Assembly: GCF_009914755.1 (NCBI RefSeq)
Contig: NC_060929.1
From: the human T2T-CHM13v2.0 reference genome, Homo sapiens
Direction: 5' to 3' (one strand)
DNA length: 64,000 nucleotides
How positions within the stretch are numbered: the first letter of the stretch is position 1; each line of letters starts with the position of its first letter. The notes under the pieces were generated by a model that did no database searches, was not told where the DNA came from, and was given only the letters and a program-made list of their open reading frames with translations. Of this stretch, positions 1 through 12,850 are shown in pieces. The translations under genes and the position numbers were made by a program.

Positions 1-401
1 CCTTCCTGATAAAACAGGTTGCACTAAAGAAGCTGGCTAAATCCCACCAAAACCAAGATGGCGACAAGAGTGACCTTTGGTCGTCCTCACTGCTACACTC
101 CCACCAGCGCCATGACAGTTTACAAATACCATGGCAACGTCGGAAGTTACCCTAGATGGTCTAAAAAGGGGAGGCATGAATAATCCACCCCTTGTTTAGC
201 ATATCATCAAGAAAGAATCATAAAAACAGGCAACCAGCAGATCCTCGGGGCTGCTCTGTTTATGGAGCAGCCATTCTTTTGTTCCTTTACTTTCTTAATA
301 CACTTGCTTTCATTACTCTATGGACTCACCCTGAATTCTTTCTTGCACAAGATCCAAGAACCCTCTCTTAGGGTCTGGATCGAGACCCCTTTCCGGTAAT
401 A
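1..401 (+). mobile_element. ERV1 LTR, MER41A type (3' part)
   Basis: CAAAACCAAGATGGCG...AAAAAGGGGAGGCATGAATAATCCACCCC...CCCCTTTCCGGTAATA matches recalled MER41; lacks the MER41B GAS-containing segment. Confidence 0.8.
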
Positions 402-1600
402 GCAGCAGTAAAGATTCCCTTCAAACGGTGACCATAAATTTAAAGAGAGACCAGTAAGCCTGGTTGTGGATGTTCCTCCAGCCACTTACAGTAGCATATG
501 TGCAGGCAAGGAGCAGGTAGGGTGTGGAATTGAATGTGGGCTCTTTAAGATGAGTGCTGAGAAGGGAGAGAAAAACTCAAGGGAACTGAGGATGAAGCAA
601 GGGATCTAAGCTCCTTAAGAGAGCAGGGAGAACACAGTGTATAGGGGAATAAAGGACAGTGAACATACTGAAGATTAAATAAGATTATTCTCATAAAGCT
701 CTTAAGTCAAGTTAATTAAATGGCAGCTACTCCTAACACTATTTTTAATATTTTGATTTTTTTTTTTTTTTTGCTAAACTTATTTATGCCAGGAACTATG
801 TCTTATTTATCTTTATAGCCCCCAGCTCTTTTACAGTGCTTGGAGTGGAGTCGCATCAATGGGAAAAGGGGGAGATTGACTGAACAGGCAGGGGAGAAAG
901 TCCAGAATATTCTCTGTCCTTTAATCTCCAAAACATTTAAAATAAGGACCTAGCCATTTACCTAGTTTTGACCATTAAAAATATTTTTTACTTTCTAAAA
1001 ATACATTTATATGTTGCTGTCTTAATATGAGAAAACATTTGCCCCTTGGTCCTGATTTGAAAAATTCAGAAAAAAAAGTTCTAAAATAAATATAGAAGAG
1101 TTTTGAAGGGGAAAATGTATATACTAGGCCTATGTGAAATATATAGGCTGTTCTTATATTACATAAATAAACATTTAATCTTAGAGCTGCCTTAATTAAG
1201 CATTTGGGTCCATTAATTTTTACCTACAACCAAACAAAGGAAATCTCAGTCATGTAACTCCAGTGTTACAGAATGAAAACCAAAGAGATGATTCACCTGC
1301 TATTATTAGATGTCTACACATTGAATACAGAAATAAACTGGTAAACAAACTAACCTCGGATACACATAAACCAAAAAAAAAAAAATTACAGCCACAGAAA
1401 AGTATTCCCACTGGCTGATTCCAAAATCAAGCTTACACTAGCTTAAGCAAAGGTATGCAATCCTACGTCTCTCTAGACAGAGTTTCTCATTCTTTTCTTC
1501 AGTAGTCATTGAGTTTGAAGGATTCTGACCTGCTCCATCCAGCTCTGATGGCAACTCATATCAAAGCCAAAGGCTAGAGTTAGAAGATCAGGTTGCGAGA

Positions 1601-1896
1601 GGCCGGGTGCTGTGGCTCACGCCTGTAATGCCAGCACTTTGGGAGGCAGAGGTGGGCGGGTCATGAGGTCAGCAGATCAAGACCATCCTGGCTAACATGG
1701 TGAAACCCAGTCTCTACTCAAAATACAAAAAATTAGCCAGGTGTGGTGGTGGGCGCCTGTTATCCCAGCTACGTTGGGAGGCTGAGGCAGGAGAATGGTG
1801 TGAACCCAGGAGGCAGAGCTTACAGTGAGCCAGGATCGAGCCACTGCACTCCAGCCTGGGCGACAGAACGAGACTCCGTCTCAGAAAAAAAAAAAA
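1601..1896 (+). mobile_element. Alu (AluY/Sc-like)
   Basis: Full dimer with A tail; TSD AAGATCAGGTTGCGAGA / AAGATGAGGTTGTGAGA. Confidence 0.95.
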
Positions 1897-2183
1897 GATG
1901 AGGTTGTGAGATGAGGACAAATTATTGTATGCTGATCTTCATCTCTGGCCCAGCATGTTAGACACACAAGTGAAGTTACATTCATACGAGGGGAAAAACT
2001 CTTGACAGCTCTGCCTTAGGCATCATGGGGAGAGATACTATAGTCTGATGAACTTATCTGAACTTCAGAAATTTTAGAAAATACTTTATTTCCCCAAAGT
2101 TGCTGCTGTGAATTACCTTTCAGCAAGGAATCCCAGGTTTTTCAGCTATATATGTTCATGGGTTTGGGAAAAAAGGCAGTCTA

Positions 2184-2520
2184 GTGTGTACCATTCCCCA
2201 AAAGGTCCATGTCCTAATCCCAGACCTATGAAGATGTCACCTTACATGACAAAGGGATTTTGTGATTAAGTTAAGGATCTTGACAAGGGGAGATTATCCT
2301 AGATTATTCAGGCAGTCCCAGTGTAATCACTAGGGTCCTGATAAAGGGAGGAGGGAGGCAGGAGACTCAAAAAGAGAGGGGGTTGTGTTAAAGCAAGAGT
2401 CACTGTGTCTAGACACCAGTATCTGTCTGTGTTTAGACAACCAAGGGTGTCAGATGCAGCCATGAGCCAAGGAATGTAGGCAGCTCTGATAACACTTCGA
2501 ATTTAGCCCCATAGACACAA
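2184..2520 (+). mobile_element. MaLR LTR (MLT1C/D-like)
   Basis: GTCCTAATCCC...GATTAAGTTAAGGATCTTGA...GAGATTATCCT motifs typical of MLT1. Confidence 0.7.
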
Positions 2521-2721
2521 TTTAGTAATAATCCGTTGCCCAAATTCTGGATCTGAGCTAGTTTTCAGGCTTGCAATCCATTAATTGAAGGAAAAGCCAG
2601 TTCATCAGTAGGAAGGACCCTGCAACGCCATGCCTAAGGTACAAGGTAATCTTGACTCCCACACAAGTACCAATAGGAGAATCATAATTTAGACGTCTAG
2701 TCCTCCTACAAGAGGTCCTAT

Positions 2722-3367
2722 TGATACAGGAGATAGAAAGAAATTATTTAGGCAGATAGAGTAAAAGAGTCCTCATCAAGGCTTCCCTTCTAATAAAAAG
2801 CAGCCCAAGAAAAGCAGCCTGGAAAATCAAGTTGCAAACATAGATAAGCAGCCTGGAAGCTTGCACGGGTGAATGCTGGGAGCTGTCCCAACAGAAAAGG
2901 GCTACAAGGGAGCCAGGCATGGTCAACATGGAGGCACCATTTTCCCTTTTGTTACCATGTGTACAGTAAAGGAATAAGCAACATGGCACTAGCAAGGCAG
3001 AGAACCATCTGCATAAAAAAAGATTAGGGTTGGGGAGGCCAGTTTCTCATGCCTTCTGCAATGGCATACCTAGTCCTAACCAGGTTTTCATGCCTTATGC
3101 AAATGGCACACCTGGTCCAACCAATCTTTTGTGCCCTATGTAAATCAGACACCGCCTCCTCAGGCTCACTGTAAAACCCCTGCATTTCACCATAGACCCA
3201 GAAAACCCATTTGGGACCCCTCTCTCTGCAGCAGAGAGAGCTATTCTCTTTCTTTTGCCTATTAAACTTCCACTCTCAACCTTACTCTTTGTGTGTCCAT
3301 GTCTTAGTTTTCCATGGCTGTGAGACAAAGAATTTCAGGTATCACCCCAGACAACGATGCTGCTTCA
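2722..3367 (+). mobile_element. ERV1 solo LTR (MER50-like) inserted into the ERV-L internal region
   Basis: TG...CA termini (TGATACAGGAG...GCTGCTTCA), 4-bp TSD CTAT/CTAC, ATTAAA signal near 3261. Family name from memory. Confidence 0.75.
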
Positions 3368-6300
3368 CTACGGCCACCTACTAATGCCACTGTAAAGTGG
3401 GAAGGGAGACTGGCAGATACAAGTTCCCAATTGACATTGATACCCAGAGCTGAAATATCAACATAGCTTCTCTGTTAGAGTAGAGACATGTAGAGGCCAG
3501 GTACTGAGTGGACTCTTGGTCTACGTTTGGCTTACATTTGGCCTTTGGGGTTCACTGATCCACCTAGCAGTCATTTTCACAGACTACCATTTATTAATTG
3601 GAATAGACAAATATGGCAATTAGCACAACTTCCACGTTGGTTTCTTAGTCTCTGGGGTAACAGCCATCAAGTAGGGAAGACCAAGCAGAAAGCTCCAAAA
3701 CCGAACCCCTACCCCACCAAAGATAGAGAGTAAATCAAAAAATTTGTTTTATCCTAAGGGAATGGCAGAGGTTAGCAGCACAGTTAAAGACCTGAAGGAT
3801 GCAGGGCTGCCAGTCTCCATCATATCACCATTTGATTCACTAGTCTGGATGCCACAAAAGCCTGACAAATACCAGAGCATGACTCAATCAAGAGCCTAAA
3901 CCTAAGCTGCTATGATATTTTTCTAGAGCAAATGGCCTCAAGTACATTGTACATAGCCACTGACCTAGCAAATGAGTGCTGTTTCATCACAAAAGAAGAT
4001 CAAAAGCAGATTGCACACACTTGGAACAGAAAAACTGTACACATGAACAATCTTGACTTAAGGCTATGTTAATTATCCTTTCCTCCACCATAATATAGTC
4101 TGAAAGATCTAGATTGTCTGGACATCTTAAAGAACATCCCAGTAGTATACTTTATTGATAACATCATGAAAATATGACTAGATGAGCAAGAAATGACAAG
4201 TACATTGAAGGCTTTGGTAACGCACATGAACTCTTATCTACAAAATGGAAGATAAAGATAAATCTACAAAGATTCAGGGGCCTGATATCTCAGATTGGGC
4301 ATGCCACAACTTCTTTCAGAGTAAAGAACAAATTATTGCACTAGGGAACTCCTGCAATGAAGGAAGCACAAAGCCTGGTAGGTCTCTTCAGGTTTTAGAG
4401 ACAACATATTCCATATTCCAAAATGTGTTACAACCCACATACAGAGAAGGCTGTCAGTTTTGAGTGACACCTGGAATAGGAAAGTGTTCTGTAACAGATT
4501 TGCCTGCAGTGTAAACAGCCCAACCACTTTGGCCCTATGATTCAATGACTCCTATGTTATTGGAGGTATTTGTGGGAAAAAAAAGCCACGTGGAGGTCAC
4601 ACAAATGCCAATAGGAGAATCATATTTAGATTCCTAGGACTCTGGAACCAGAAAATTACACACTATCTGAAAAAGAGTTCCTTTTGGACCCTGGTAAAGA
4701 CAGAAGCCCTTATCAGGGTCATCAAGTGACCACGCAGCCACAAATGCCCAGCACAAGGTTCTGTCAGGTTCAACATGTTATAAGAACAGGTGGACCTAGC
4801 AGCAATTCACTGCAGATGGAAGTGGTACATCCAGGATTGGCCATGAGAAATGCTGAAGGGCATAAGTAGGCTACCTGAGCAGGTGGTCTAGTCTCCCATG
4901 TCATCCACTACTTTTGCTCCAGCACCTTTCTGTTAGCACACACCTGTGGCCCTTATGACCAGCTGATAGAGAAGAAAAAAATCTGAGCCTGGTTTACAGG
5001 TAGGCCATCTTGGTGAGTAGAGCAAGCTGAAAATAGACCATGGCCACATGACAGCCCCATTCAGGAGTGGTGCTGAAAGACAACAATGAGGAGATACTTT
5101 CCTATGGCTTCAGACAGTGCACCTAGCCATCTACCTTATATGGAAAGAAAACAAAAACGTGGCTTAAGATTATATATAGACCCTAGGCAGCGTTGACTTG
5201 GACCCGGAAGGGGAAAGATTAAAAGATCGAGGAAAAGAAAGTCGTGGGTAGAAGCAGATGGGTGGACCTAAGGGAATGGGCATGAAGAGTCAAGATACAT
5301 GTATTGCATTGTTAATGCCCCCCAGAGGGCATCCATCACAGAAGAGGCACTAAACCATGAGGTACATAAAGTGACCCTGTTAGTTGACATCTGCCAGGCT
5401 CTGCCATCAGCAGCCCCAATGTGGCACAATGGGCATATGATTAGAGTAGGCACAGTGACAGGGCTAGAGGCAATGCAGGGAACCGACCAATGCTGATTCA
5501 GCTACTGGTGCTGTCAAATGTCCGTCATGCCAGCAAGAGAGAGCAACCCTACTTTCCAATCTGGCACCATCCCTTAAAGATACAAGCAGCCACTTGGTGA
5601 CAAGTTGAATACACTGGGCCCCTTTCATACTAGAAGGCACAGGGATTAATTTTTACAGAAATGAACACATTCTAGGCACAGATTTGCCTTTGCTGCTGCT
5701 AGGGCCTTAGTCAACACCACTATTTGAGGGCTTAAGGAGTGTCTCATTAACTGGCACAGGATCCCACAAAACATCACATGAGACCAATGGGCCCACTCAA
5801 TAACAAATGAGATACAAGAAAGGCCACATGACCACAGGATCCACAGTTATATCAAATACCATTTTAACCAGAAGCTACCATCCTGAGTGTGAAGGAATGG
5901 CCTATTGAAGGGACAACTGAAGTGCCAATTCAGAGAGGAGTCTGTGCAAGGATAGGGAGCCATCCTCCAGGGTGCACTGGACATTTTACATCAATGCCCT
6001 TTATATGGTGCTGTGTCCCAAAAGGAAGAATACATGAATGCAAGAACCAAGGGGAAGAAGCAGGAGTGATCCCTTTTACCTTCACTCCCAGGGACCCAAC
6101 TCGAAATACACGCTTTCCACTTCTGCGGTTCTGGGTTATTTAGTGCCTTTTCACCAAGGAGAAATGTTTCCACCAGGGGGCATAGCAAGAATCCTACTGA
6201 ACTCTAAGTTGCAGCTGCTACCTGTGTACTTCGGGCTCATGGGCCCAGAGTCTGTAAACAAGCAAGGAGAGTCAGCATCCTTGTAGGACCCTGATTATCA

Positions 6301-6688
6301 GGAGAAGGTAAGGCTGCTGTTACACGATAAAAGAAAGGAAGAGTATGTATAGTACCTTTGTGAACTACATGGGTTCTTATATGTACTAACTTGCCCAGCA
6401 TTAATGGTATAGACAAGTACATCAGCCATAATGTACTTGAGCCTGAGAAAGCCATGGTGACCAGGGACTCTGCCCCTTCCATGTCCTAACACCAGGCAAA
6501 CCATCTGGACCAGTGAAGGTACTAGCTGAGAGTGAGGAGCATCTAGAATGGTCAGTAGAGGACAATAATGGGTCTTACTGTGGTCTTAAGACCAGCTGTG
6601 GAAAAAGAGGCCCTGAGACCTCCCAAGAGAAGAGACCCTAAATCCTGAAGTTTTTGCTCCCTGAACGTACACAGAGAAGTAAATCTGA

Positions 6689-7012
<324 letters not shown>

Positions 7013-7038
7013 CGAGGAAGTGAATCTGAGCTATATGA

Positions 7039-7750
<712 letters not shown>

Positions 7751-9511
7751 GTGAGATTGATATTAAATAAATATGTACATGGACAGACATTTTTTATTTA
7801 GCCAGCATTTTAAATTTTATAGATTTCACACTCACATTTATATTTCTTTAAAAATTAAGAGACCTGGCAATTCTGGGCTCATAGACACACATCAGTGCCC
7901 ATTAGCTAGAGTAAAATATTGGCTGCCTGTTGACAGAATATGTATTCTCCAATTAGCCATAATGTCTGTTGCTTCCTCTTCCTTTACATGGGGTTTGCTG
8001 CCATTTATTTATGCCCCTGCCTGGTTTATGGTCATCTGAATTTCTGGCATCAGAAATTTAGAGACTGTTGAGTTATTTAGGAATTGGAGAATAGGGAGTC
8101 TGTGTCTCAAATGTGAAGGGTGTTGTATTCTGAAGGAGTGTTTGATATCTGTTCAGAATTAAGATGGCAGTGAGTTATCTCCAGGGAACTACCTCCTTTC
8201 CAGCCCACCCTCACTCCACCAGCACTGAGCCCTAAATCACAAGACTGAATCCCGGAACTACCTGCACCCTGTCTGTTAAAAGCCTGTCTGAGAACATGCG
8301 CCGGAGCTGCTGAATCTTCAGTTAAGTGCAGTCAATTTCACCCTTGGGTGAATGGAAGCACATGTGATTGAGTTCAGATCCCTTCCTGAATAGCACAACA
8401 GTTCACTCCCAGAAGGATGTGAAACTCACTCCTGGATGGGGACTCAGAACAGCAAGCCAACCCCAAAGTGTGAGGCTGCAATCCCACTTTGTATTTTGCA
8501 GGCTTCCCCTCCATCTTCAGGAAGGGACTTTGGCTGTGTTGTTTGTGTTTTTCCCTCCTGTTTCCTGTACTCAGCTATAGCAAATGTTCCAGGGCCATTG
8601 GCCTCATTAGTTCTGGCTCCGTTTTGCGGGGGAAAGTAGGGATGGCAGAGACACATGCCTGAGAGTCTAGACACAGATTGCACCGAGCAACTTATCCAAG
8701 GAGCCCTGGGATGAGAAACAGGCACCTCTAGCAAATGGAGTGTCAACAAATGAGTACTTTTTATTGATTTGGCCACCTCTACACACTGATCCCAAATAAG
8801 ACCCTAGATTTCTGAGCTCAGGGGGTCCAGTGACCTGAGCTCACCTGGCCTCAAGTGGAGTACTTAGATAGTTTAAAGGGCCAGGCACTTATTTTTTCAC
8901 TGGAGACATAAACATAAGAGGCAAAAAACAGAAATAGAGAAAGCTGTTAGATTTTCCAAATTTGTTTCAAATTATTTGACTTTGGAATTAACAACCTGAA
9001 AAACCTTGGCCTTACTTGCCTCACCTGTTAAAGTAGCTGGTAGAATAGCTGAGTGGATATGCTGACACAAAAAAGGGGAAACAGGTCTTATGAAACAGAA
9101 AAATGGGTTGATTCATTTGAAAGGAGTTGCTGGTGTATATCATTATAGTACAGGATAATTAAAAGAATAGATTTTGAAGTCCCCATAGAAGTGAGTGGAT
9201 GGAAAATGAAGGAAACCTGCCCAACCTGGCCCCTAGTCAAATACTAATCTTGCCTCCCTGCTGTAATCGTACACCAAATTAGATAAGGACCTTCTGGACT
9301 GAATTTATTAATAGAGTACATATACAGAACGCCTTCCAAAAAGGCATACACAATTAATGCATATTTTAACAAGTAACCAAGTCTTCTTTTCAGTACCTCA
9401 CAGCTACAAACAATTTACACGGACCTCCAAAAACATCAAGGTATTGCTGGCAAAAGAGATGAATAATTTTGTGTTATTGACACTTCATTAGATTATACCT
9501 TTCATGGGGAT

Positions 9512-9883
9512 TGTCTTAGTCCATTCCTGCTGCTATAACAAAATATCTTAGACTGCGTAATGTACAAACAACAGAAATTTATTTCTCACAGTTCTGGAGG
9601 CTGAAAAGTCTGAGATTAAGGCATCAGCAGATTCTGTGTCTGGTGAGTGGCCTATTCCTCCTGGATGGTGCCTTCTAGGTCCTCACCTGGCTGAATGGGC
9701 AAGACAGCTCCCTTGAACTTCTTTTATAAGGGCACTAACTGCATTCGTGAGGGCAGAGCCTTATTGATTAATCACTTCCCAAAAGGCCTACTTCTTAAAA
9801 CTGTCACATTGAATTTTAGGCTCCAAAATACAAATTAAGTTCCAACATATAAATTTCCAACACCAACATTTGGACCATAGCAG
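9512..9883 (-). mobile_element. MaLR LTR (MSTD/MLT1A-like)
   Basis: TGTCTTAGTCC...GCTATAACAAAATA...TTTATTTCTCACAGTTCTGGAGGCTG...ACCATAGCA. Confidence 0.8.
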
Positions 9884-10479
9884 TGATCCTTTATAATGCA
9901 TAAAAAGGTGCTAGTTAATAGAACAATGGCTCTATTGTAATGAGGGTTTTAAGCTAATGCCACTATGGAAAACAATGATTTTTAACACCCACATATCTTT
10001 GACTCACTCAGCCTTAATTAAAATTAAAGTTAAAAGCAGGCACTACTTTCTTTTTCCAAGCAGGAGTCCTGGAAATCACTTGTAGAGCTAGCTTTAAGAA
10101 ACCACTATTACAAATGATTTCACAACTACAATGCACTGGATTTGCAATTTGCCTTTGTTTAGAAAGATAAGAGGAAAGCTCAGTGGATGTTTATACATCT
10201 ACTACAGAATTTAATTTAAATCTATAGTTAGTCTTTATTTTGTCACCACAAAGTTAAACTTCTCTTTATGTCCCCTGACTAAAAACCTGCAGAGAACTTC
10301 TTGTAATATTGAAGGCCTATTTTAACAGGTCCAAGCTCTCCCCACTTAACTCTCTGTGACTGTAAAAGACTATCGCAAGAAACTAGATTATCAGAAAGTT
10401 TGTTGTAAAGAACCTACTCTGTAAAGGTAGAAACTATGTTTTGCCATAGAAAGTTGATTTGACTCATTAACTTAATAAA

Positions 10480-10616
10480 TTTTTTTCTTATATATATGTA
10501 TATATTTTTATTATACTTTAAGTTCTGGGGTACATGTGCACAATGTGCAGGTTTGTTACATATGTATACATGTGCCATGTTGGTGTGCTGCACCCATTAC
10601 CTAATGTAAATAATGA
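10480..10616 (-). mobile_element. Very short L1PA 3' end with a terminal micro-inversion
   Basis: TTATTATACTTTAAGTTCT...GTGCTGCACCCATTA is the L1PA 3' UTR in reverse, followed by ~19 nt of L1 in forward orientation. Confidence 0.85.
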
Positions 10617-11539
10617 TTGTTTTATTATGACCTTGCAAGTTGAGTTTTCTTTAGGATAAAAAGATGATAAGAGCCAATGGACAGCAATAATGATATTCAT
10701 ATTAAATTTTTTTCAAGTAAAATAGAAAAGAACTAGCCAATTAAGTTGCGAATACAATGTACGCTATTTTCCACGACAACACCAATAAAACAGAAGAATA
10801 TCCGAGGCAGCCAATCAGCCACCACCAGGGACAGAATGGCAGACTCCTCTGCCAAAATTCTTATGACCACTGGGGCACCCTCAAGCACATTGTAGCCTTG
10901 GCCAGTCCCTGGCTCTGGAGCTGTTTGCTTGATGTCAGTAATTTTCCCCTTCTCCAGTAATACTCCGCATCACTGATAGCAGCTGTAGGGCAATATCAAT
11001 ACACCTCCTTGACTGTTCTTTAGGTCCCCTTGCTTTCCTCTCTACTTGGCAAGAGGCCACTTGTTGCCCTGATAGGGCCCAGGTGAGAAGATATATCATG
11101 GAGCTCAGAAATGGAATCCAACTCTGCTAGTCACACAAACCAGTGTTTAAATTCTAGCTCTGCTGTAGCAACTGTGGTGCCCCACACAAGTTCTTTTAAA
11201 CTCAGTTTTCTCCTCTATAAAATAGGGATAATATGGTTAAGTTAGATAGCATGAAGATTAGGTAAAATGTTGGAGAGGTCCTGATATTCTGGGAATGCTC
11301 CAATAAACTGGACTATTTAATCAGATTAATTAAAATATTGCATGATGTTGCCCAAGGCACAGAATGTTATTGAGTGAACCCAATCAAAAGATAGCCAAAA
11401 GGTGAACCTCCAAAAATTCCATGGATATATATATTTTTTGCACATTTTTCTGGGAAGAAGAATCTCTAGTTTTCTTCAGATTCTCAAAGGGTGTATGACC
11501 CCAAAGAGGTCACCCATTCTCACTGGTATAATATTGCTT

Positions 11540-12850
11540 CCCAATCCTTAGCTCTAGCCAGCCCTCTCCTCTTAGCCTCAGTATCATACATCTAACTGCA
11601 TACAGGATGTTTCCACCTAGGTGATCCACAAGCGCCTCAGTTACAATACAGTGGCCCCTTTGGTGCACCATCTTGATCCTTCAGGAATAAAGGGCTTATG
11701 ACTCCAGCTTCTGCAAAAGCTACTGGCAGAAGGCTCTCAGTTGTCAGCCACCTTTGGACATTGCTTCAGCTAAAGACATCCATTTTGTCTGAGACGTCAC
11801 TGCCTTGAGGGGTGACCCACATGCAATGATACTGATGAGGAGTTGTAAAGGCCTGACCCTTATCCCAACTCAGGAGCAAGCTGAAGGTTCATCCTCTCTT
11901 CGTAACTCCCTTCAGGGTCAGCTGAGGTGTCCATTGAGGCAGCCTTCTCCCTCTACCCAATTCTGCCTCCATCTCCTTCCTTTTCTTCCCTTCCTTGGTG
12001 TTGACCTTCAGAGCACTCCCTAATAAGCCTTCTGCATATTATTCTTGGTATTATAATCTACTTTCTAGGGCACCTAGAGCACTAAACAAATCTAACATAG
12101 ATTCCGGAAACTTCTCTTTACCTTTTCCGGTGCTCTGTAGCTCAGCTGGTGACACCTCCCTTCACCTGGTCATCTTCACTGGAAACCCGGGTCTCAGTGC
12201 TTGGTCCTTTCCCACTGTCTGCTCCCTCTGTCTGGACCAACCTCAACCAGTTTATCTCCTTCTTGTCTTTCAGGTCTCATCTTAAATTGTCACTTTCCCA
12301 CTTACCTGTAAGTGAGTCTCCAATCATTCCTCAGTATTCTCAGACTAAAACTCAAGATTCTTGATACGATGTTTGACACTCTCCACACTTGACCTCTGCT
12401 CATCTCTGTGGCTTCATCTTCTCTTCACTCCTAACTTGCATTTTATGTTCCAGTAACCCTAGGAACTAGGCGTTCCTTTCTCACATCCTGCTGTTTCCTA
12501 CCTCAAGCACTTGCCCAAATCATACCCTCTGCCTGAAATGACTGTAACCCTTTTTGACTTGGGAAACTCCAAACAATCCTTTAACACTCAGCTCAGGCAT
12601 TATCTCTTCCAGAAAGCTTTTTCTGACATCTATGCAGTTTCCCCTGGTGCTTCTCAGAGCCCCTGCTGACCTCGGTCCTCCACCTATAAAGTATGTTATA
12701 ATGATCTGTTTTGCTGAACACTTCCCTTGGACTCCTTGAGGATGGGTCTCTGTTTACTCATCACTGTATCCCCAGTGCCCAACATAGTGCCTGGAATATA
12801 GACAGACACTCATGGGATACACACTGAGTGACTGCCTTGAATAAATACAT
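11540..12850 (+). mobile_element. L2 fragments interrupted by an LTR16
   Basis: L2-like CT-rich sequence ending TCACTGTATCCCCAGTGCCCAACATAGTGCCTGGAATATAG...GAATAAAT. Confidence 0.65.
11650..12080 (+). mobile_element. LTR16-family solo LTR
   Basis: GGCTCTCAGTTGTCAGCC...AAAGGCCTGACC...GAGCACTCCCTAATAA; resembles the LTR at 7380-7750. Confidence 0.65.
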
